From Candidatus Omnitrophota bacterium (GTDB taxonomy: Bacteria > Omnitrophota > Gorgyraeia > Zapsychrales > Zapsychraceae), in the NCBI GenBank assembly GCA_016212005.1, contig JACRHP010000052.1, positions 1 to 62,323 of the forward strand: DNA of 62,323 nucleotides, read 5' to 3'. This document shows, piece by piece, positions 57,780 to 62,323 of the stretch (positions are counted from its first letter, which is position 1; the number at the start of each line of letters is the position of its first letter). The notes beneath the pieces were generated by a model, which saw only the letters and a program-made list of their open reading frames with translations, did no database searches and was not told where the DNA came from. The translations under genes were made by a program, and so were the position numbers.

Positions 57780-58523
57780 CTAACACGAAGAACAGGGCGG
57801 CTTGAATTTTAAATAAGTACCGCGGCCTATTTTCTCTCTATCGACATTGTTTTCTTTGGGATCTGTGCACCGGCCTTCGGTGGCCGCGCGCGTGGCCGCC
57901 AGTATTTTTTTCTCAAGACAACGACATTTCGAAATGATATGTTCAATAGTGGAGGTGGATAGACTGTTGCTTTGCGCAAGTGACTCGTATATTTTCCCAG
58001 GCGATTCTTTTACGTTGTGACGTTTGAGGTAATCTTCATAGATGCGGCGGTTTCGTTTTTCGGCACGTTTGGGCCATGGGTTAACACCACTCCCGAAATC
58101 TTCTTTTAAATAATACCTGATCAGCGGCCAAAAAGCGTCATATTCTGTGCGCGAAACCGCACGCTTAAAAATAATTGTACCTTTCTTATCGGGATCAGGA
58201 AAATAACGTCCATCCACTACTTTAAATTGAACAGGAGATTCCACCGGTAAACGAGGACAAATTTTTCCCCCTTTAATGTTTACATGCCATTCATTACAAA
58301 AATCTATCCATTTTTTAATAAGCTGGGCTCTCTCTGCACCCTCTAGGGATTTTTCAATAGTACTTTTCTTTAAATCCTTAAGGGATTTTTTAAAATCCGG
58401 TCTTTTCTGAATTTTCTTTGTTTCTCTCAAAAACCATTTCTTATAAAAAGAAGTTTTATAAAAAGCACCCAAAACTTCTTTTTCGGACTCATTTTTCCAT
58501 TTTGTTTTTTGGGGAGGACACAT
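57780..58523 (-). CDS. Hypothetical protein with possible C-terminal HTH
   Basis: RNRRIYEDY..YESLAQSNSLSTSTIEHII; start uncertain. Confidence 0.55.
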   Translation of the reverse strand: MCPPQKTKWKNESEKEVLGAFYKTSFYKKWFLRETKKIQKRPDFKKSLKDLKKSTIEKSLEGAERAQLIKKWIDFCNEWHVNIKGGKICPRLPVESPVQFKVVDGRYFPDPDKKGTIIFKRAVSRTEYDAFWPLIRYYLKEDFGSGVNPWPKRAEKRNRRIYEDYLKRHNVKESPGKIYESLAQSNSLSTSTIEHIISKCRCLEKKILAATRAATEGRCTDPKENNVDREKIGRGTYLKFKPPCSSC

Positions 58524-58666
58524 CTTTATTACCTTTTCACTGCAACGGCCGTGGCCCGGCCGTATTGATTTCAATGGCTGCCTTTAGGCCGTAAATGCCC
58601 CCTTAAATGACTTTCAGGTGGCCAGGAAGACACCGGCCAGCGGGAACCGGCGCGCGAAGCTCCTTC

Positions 58667-58885
58667 TTAGACCTTAACGACCTTAAGACTTTCAATCATC
58701 CGGTCCAGATCAGACCGCTTGAACCGCAATGTCCTGGCGGGAAAGCGCGCCGGAACCACGCCATAGCGCTGCCATGACGGCCAGATCCGCTTTGTGTGCC
58801 CTTCACTGATGCCCAGATATTCGGCTGATTGTTTCAAGTTCAGATAGGCTGGCGTTATTACAGCTGGAGCTCGTGTCTTTCCCAT
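58667..58885 (-). CDS. Second Xis/AlpA-like HTH protein
   Basis: YLNLKQSAEYLGIS..LRFKRSDLD. Confidence 0.75.
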   Translation of the reverse strand: MGKTRAPAVITPAYLNLKQSAEYLGISEGHTKRIWPSWQRYGVVPARFPARTLRFKRSDLDRMIESLKVVKV

Positions 58886-58972
58886 TTTCCCTCTCCACAT
58901 TTAAGCTGGTTTTTTCTTGAGTCTTTCCCACGGCATAAGCATGTTACCATAACTTGCCACCCCGGGCTATGG

Positions 58973-59167
58973 TCAGTTGCGCTTGGCTGTCGAACGGGTA
59001 GCCCCGACTAATTCTTGCTTAACGACAACACCGGAAAAATACTTCTTTAAGGTTGCCGAATATTTACCGATAGAGAAATGACATCTTTTATCAAGTAAGA
59101 CCAGATCTCCTGCTTTGGGCTTTCTCATAAGATCAACGGTAATTTGAAATAGCAATTTGTTCATCAT
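58973..59167 (-). CDS. Small hypothetical protein
   Basis: Strong AGGAGGGG RBS. Confidence 0.5.
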   Translation of the reverse strand: MMNKLLFQITVDLMRKPKAGDLVLLDKRCHFSIGKYSATLKKYFSGVVVKQELVGATRSTAKRN

Positions 59168-59384
59168 CCCCTCCTGTTTTGTTGAACATTGTTGCAGTTG
59201 GAGCGCTTGTCTTTTTCATTACAGCTCTTTTAGTTTTGTTGATTCGATTTACCGACAGCATAACAAAACGAGCAAAAGGATCCTTTAAGGCATCCTTGAC
59301 CTCGGGAATTTTAAGCAATTCTCTGACTTCTGATTCTGTGTATCTGCGGCCGTTGGCAGGTTCGGGTAAATGCGATGTTCTCAT
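59133..59384 (-). CDS. Small hypothetical protein
   Basis: GAGGGG RBS before MRTSHLPEP. Confidence 0.5.
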   Translation of the reverse strand: MRTSHLPEPANGRRYTESEVRELLKIPEVKDALKDPFARFVMLSVNRINKTKRAVMKKTSAPTATMFNKTGGDDEQIAISNYR

Positions 59385-59440
59385 AATCCCCTCTTCTTTT
59401 GTTGAACATTGTTTATACGTTTCTGGACAAAAAAATATCG

Positions 59441-59590
59441 CTATACTTTTTTGCCGTATTTCTTGACGAGCCAAATAAAAAATTGGGCAACGCTGTGGAA
59501 CCCGTTGGATTGGGCGGCCTCTTCGACCATTTGTTTTTCTTCGTCTGTCACCCGGATAGCGATAACCTTGTCTTTGAGATCTTTTTTCAT
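59441..59590 (-). CDS. 49-aa ribbon-helix-helix regulator (absent from the ORF track)
   Basis: MKKDLKDKVIAIRVTDEEKQMVEEAAQSNGFHSVAQFFIWLVKKYGKKV. Confidence 0.7.
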   Translation of the reverse strand: MKKDLKDKVIAIRVTDEEKQMVEEAAQSNGFHSVAQFFIWLVKKYGKKV

Positions 59591-59596
59591 GTTAAT

Positions 59597-59866
59597 TCAG
59601 ATATTTCGGTAAGCAGAGGGGCGTTGAGAGATAAGAGTGACTATGACTTTTTTTGGGTTCTTGTCAATGCTATAAATTACGCGATAATCACCCACACGAT
59701 ATCTATATCGTTTCTCTTCGCCCCGAAGCCGTTTTATGTTCGGACCGTAAAAGGGATTTGTCTCCAAGGATTCAAAGCACTTGTTGAGTCTTCCCGAGAG
59801 TTCCAGAGAACAGTTTTTGTAGAATTTCAAGGCATGGGATACCAGGATTACTTCAAACCTATCCAC
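59597..59866 (-). CDS. relE: RelE/ParE family toxin
   Basis: IKRLRG..YRYRVGDYRVIY..RPSAYR. Confidence 0.9.
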   Translation of the reverse strand: MDRFEVILVSHALKFYKNCSLELSGRLNKCFESLETNPFYGPNIKRLRGEEKRYRYRVGDYRVIYSIDKNPKKVIVTLISQRPSAYRNI

Positions 59867-60092
59867 GTTTTACTGTTCTCCAATTGATGCCTTTCCCTTT
59901 GAGATATTCCCTTTCGCCTTCGGCTATTTCTTTCAGCTCTTTGGCTGTCAGAGAATCCTCGAGACGCTCAACCAGCAATTCCCTTACGAAAGAAGAAAGA
60001 GATTTGTAGTTGCTTTCGCATAGCTTTTTTACCTGGTTGTAAAGCGGGGCAGGCATTCTTATGAGTAATTCCTTGTTCATCGTTACAGCCAT
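59859..60092 (-). CDS. RHH antitoxin
   Basis: LLIRMP..SLSSFVRELL, acidic tail; GGAGGTG RBS; overlaps the toxin start. Confidence 0.8.
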   Translation of the reverse strand: MAVTMNKELLIRMPAPLYNQVKKLCESNYKSLSSFVRELLVERLEDSLTAKELKEIAEGEREYLKGKGINWRTVKRG

Positions 60093-60111
60093 ATTTATCA
60101 CCTCCATAGAA

Positions 60112-60140
60112 AATATATCATAGTGATATACTTTTGTCAA
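60112..60140 (-). promoter_or_regulatory. TA promoter with palindromic operator
   Basis: TTGACA-N17-TATATT on the minus strand; TATATCA-tag-TGATATA at 60114-60130. Confidence 0.75.
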
Positions 60141-60336
60141 GGTTAAAAGAACGGTGCACGGCCAGTCTCCAGTGGGCTTTGCCTGCGACCGGGATCGAAC
60201 TCCCCATGACGCGGCCGTGGGCGCCGCGATACGAGGCGCTTGGGACCCGGGCTGCGCGCCAAGATGGCAAAAAAGGTTGGCGGATTCTCAATTATGATAA
60301 AGATGTTTTTTACAGCGACACTGACCCGCGGGGCCG

Positions 60337-60373
60337 GTGTCCAAAAAGTGTCCAAAATTGGACAAAATGGACA
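60337..60373. repeat. Putative integrase arm-type sites (right)
   Basis: GTGTCCAAAAAGTGTCCA followed by inverted TGGACA copies. Confidence 0.7.
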
Positions 60374-60408
60374 AGATTTTTTGCAGTCTTTTGAGTCAGT
60401 TTAAAAAC

Positions 60409-60446
60409 GAAAAAGCACATTTTCTCATCGAGAAATGTGCTTTTTC
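60409..60446. terminator. Bidirectional terminator just inside the element boundary
   Basis: GAAAAAGCACATTT..CTC-ATC-GAG..AAATGTGCTTTTTC. Confidence 0.8.
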
Positions 60447-60483
60447 AATTAAATCAATCAGTTATGAAAAACAGCAGGAATCG

Positions 60484-60524
60484 GAACCCCATTCAAGTGC
60501 GCTAGCCAACTGCGCTACGCTCCG
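60484..60524 (-). repeat. att repeat: 5' 41 nt of tRNA-Pro
   Basis: Identical to 51590-51630. Confidence 0.95.
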
Positions 60525-60631
60525 GATATGCAATAAATTTAAGATAAGTAATTATACTATAACCGCTTGGGCATGCAAATGGAAAAGCATGGTCTTTTCA
60601 GGGCAGTCTAAACTAAAGCTCGGGGTTGGAA

Positions 60632-61756
60632 CTAATAAGATCGGGGGCCTTTGTTAAGTAACGCAATCACCTTTTGACATTCTGCGGGGTCATTGACATT
60701 GTCGAGCAGGAATTCCGCATCCAGCTCAAGCAGATGGACATCTGAATGAGAAAGAATACGCCGCGGACAATCCGTCCCGGCCCCAAGGAATTCCAGCAAA
60801 CGAAATCGTGCTTTAGGCTCATAAATGACACACAAGGGCTCGGGCTGGCCGTTTTTTCGCGCGCTGCGGTAAGCGGTCGCCATCTTAAAAGGGTTACGGT
60901 TATGCACCAGCTTTTCGATGACACGGCTATCCACAAACGGGAGATCGCACGCCAGCACCAGCCATGCCGCTTCCGGGAACTTCGTTGCAGCCGTCAAGAT
61001 CCCGCCTAATGGCCCAATGTCAAGAAACGTGTCGTGGAGCTGGGGCAATATTTTATGCCCCGATAAATAGGATTGCCCGGCCCGGCTGGAGACATAAACC
61101 TGATCACAATACCCCGAAAGAAGATCAAAACAATAAGCGGCCTGGCTTTTCCCGTGATATTCCAGCAGAGATTTATCCTTATTCATACGCGTACTCCTGC
61201 CGCCGGCCAAAACAAGGCCGTATAAGGGAATTTCCTTCACGCGACTTTCAAAAAATGAAAGCACATGCCGCTCTATCCCATCCGTGTCTTCATGCCGGAA
61301 ATGCGGTTTTCCCGTCGGAATATTACCTTTAAGATCACCAATATAAGCGATGACGTTGCCTCTCTGAAAACCACCGGGATTGTCAAGAATATCCACATGT
61401 TCGTCAAGGACAACAATAGTTGGGACATCCCGGCCGGAATATCCCTCCAGAAGAAAAAAATTACTTTCCAGAATCGATGGAGGATGCATCAGCTCACTGG
61501 AGCTGTCCGTATAAATTAAGATATTCCCTCGCGGATCGTTTACAAAAACCATCCACGCGCCGCTTTGTCGCAATTGTTCAATATCCCGTGCACGGGCGTC
61601 CTCTTTTTGCTGAATAAAATATCCGATTTTATAGCGTTTCGAAAGCCGCTGGAGGAGCCGCTCGATCAAAACCGTTTTCCCGGCCGCCCCGTAAAAAGCA
61701 ACCTCAAACGGATGAAAAAAGAATGATTGGTTCAAAGCCGATGATCTATGAGACAT
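60632..61756 (-). CDS. mobA: MobB-like/MobA fusion (Moco guanylyltransferase)
   Basis: N-terminal degenerate P-loop GAAGKT; C-terminal LAGGRSTRM..DK, GPLGG, ACDLP, EPLC, NVN. Confidence 0.8.
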   Translation of the reverse strand: MSHRSSALNQSFFFHPFEVAFYGAAGKTVLIERLLQRLSKRYKIGYFIQQKEDARARDIEQLRQSGAWMVFVNDPRGNILIYTDSSSELMHPPSILESNFFLLEGYSGRDVPTIVVLDEHVDILDNPGGFQRGNVIAYIGDLKGNIPTGKPHFRHEDTDGIERHVLSFFESRVKEIPLYGLVLAGGRSTRMNKDKSLLEYHGKSQAAYCFDLLSGYCDQVYVSSRAGQSYLSGHKILPQLHDTFLDIGPLGGILTAATKFPEAAWLVLACDLPFVDSRVIEKLVHNRNPFKMATAYRSARKNGQPEPLCVIYEPKARFRLLEFLGAGTDCPRRILSHSDVHLLELDAEFLLDNVNDPAECQKVIALLNKGPRSY

Positions 61757-61793
61757 GTGATATATATTAACAAATTTTCCGTCGGTATGCCTT

Positions 61794-61837
61794 AAAAAAA
61801 ACCCGCTGTTTCTATTCAATTATTTAGAAACAGCGGG
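61794..61837 (-). terminator. rRNA operon terminator
   Basis: CCCGCTGTTTCTA/TAGAAACAGCGGG stem with a T run on the minus strand. Confidence 0.85.
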
Positions 61838-61846
61838 GTAAATTAA

Positions 61847-61963
61847 CCCGGTAACGTTCTACTCTCCCATAGCCTTGCGACTAAAGTACCATCGACCTCG
61901 AAGGGCTTAACTTCCGTATTCGGAATGGGAACGGGTGTGGCCCCTTCAGTAAAGTCACCGGAA
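61847..61963 (-). rRNA. rrf: 5S rRNA
   Basis: Complement of the conserved CCCATTCCGAA..GAAGTTAAG and GGGAGAGTAG motifs. Confidence 0.95.
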
Positions 61964-62061
61964 TATCAAAGGGTCAGAGGTCAAAGATCTCTGACCAAAT
62001 AAAACAATTATGTAAGGAAAGACGCAAAAACAATCCACTTTGAAACATTTACAACTTAATA

Positions 62062-62323
62062 GAAGGCCAAGCTGTCGGCTTATTAGTACTGCTTAGCTGA
62101 ACCCCTTACGGGGCTTACACTCGCAGCCTATCAACCTGGTAGTCTACCAGGAGCCTCTCCTCCCTTGCGGGAGATCGATACCTAATCTTGGGGTTGGCTT
62201 CGCACTTAGATGCATTCAGCGCTTATCTTTTCCAGACTTGGCTACCCAGCCATTACCCTTGGCAGGATAACTGGAACACCAGAGGTCTGTATCTCCCGGT
62301 CCTCTCGTACTGAGGAGATCTCC
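62062..62323 (-). rRNA. rrl: 23S rRNA, 3' end (partial)
   Basis: Sarcin-ricin loop AGTACGAGAGG and GCTGAATGCATCTAAG on the minus strand. Confidence 0.95.

Larger units (their letters stand above)
51590..60524 (-). mobile_element. ~8.9 kb integrated element, candidate phage satellite
   Basis: 41-bp direct repeats at 51590-51630 and 60484-60524 flank integrase, Xis-like, Rep, TerS-like, TMP-like and TA genes. Confidence 0.9.

Noticed and set aside
60143-60355. 70-aa ORF starting MDTFWT, like the integrase tail
   Set aside because: The shared peptide comes from the arm-site DNA repeat, not from a split integrase.
61972-61996. Hairpin GGTCAGAG/CTCTGACC in the 23S-5S spacer
   Set aside because: Ordinary rRNA spacer structure; no tRNA is present.

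Overview
Bacterial chromosomal window. The gene content and repeat style suggest an uncultured PVC-type lineage such as Omnitrophota, but this is inference only. (1) 1-30.3 kb, + strand: an exopolysaccharide/exosortase (PEP-CTERM) locus. It has glycosyltransferases, an acetyltransferase, two deacetylases, two paralogous heparinase II/III-like lyases, exosortase plus EpsI, and three PEP-CTERM proteins (one with an in-frame TGA). It also has a sigma-54 two-component system, two c-di-GMP-I riboswitches and interleaved AbiE-type/AAA+ cassettes. The priming sugar transferase carries a signal peptide and an internal PEP-CTERM motif at its N-terminus, which is the most unusual feature here. (2) 30.6-51.5 kb, mostly - strand: housekeeping genes (xanthine dehydrogenase-family Mo enzyme with XdhC/MocA, cyclophilin, CPBP protease, nadC, valS, cimA, ask, apgM-like, coaB-like, thrC, hom, PilZ). 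(3) 51.6-60.5 kb: an ~8.9 kb integrated element in tRNA-Pro(GGG) that duplicates the 5' half of the tRNA. It encodes an integrase, Xis-like proteins, Rep, SpoVG, RelBE, a Nu1-like small terminase with a lambda cos-like site, and a lone tape-measure-like protein, so it is a candidate phage satellite. (4) 60.6-62.3 kb: mobB-mobA fusion, 5S rRNA and the 3' end of 23S rRNA. All calls are by-eye motif recognition; no searches were run.
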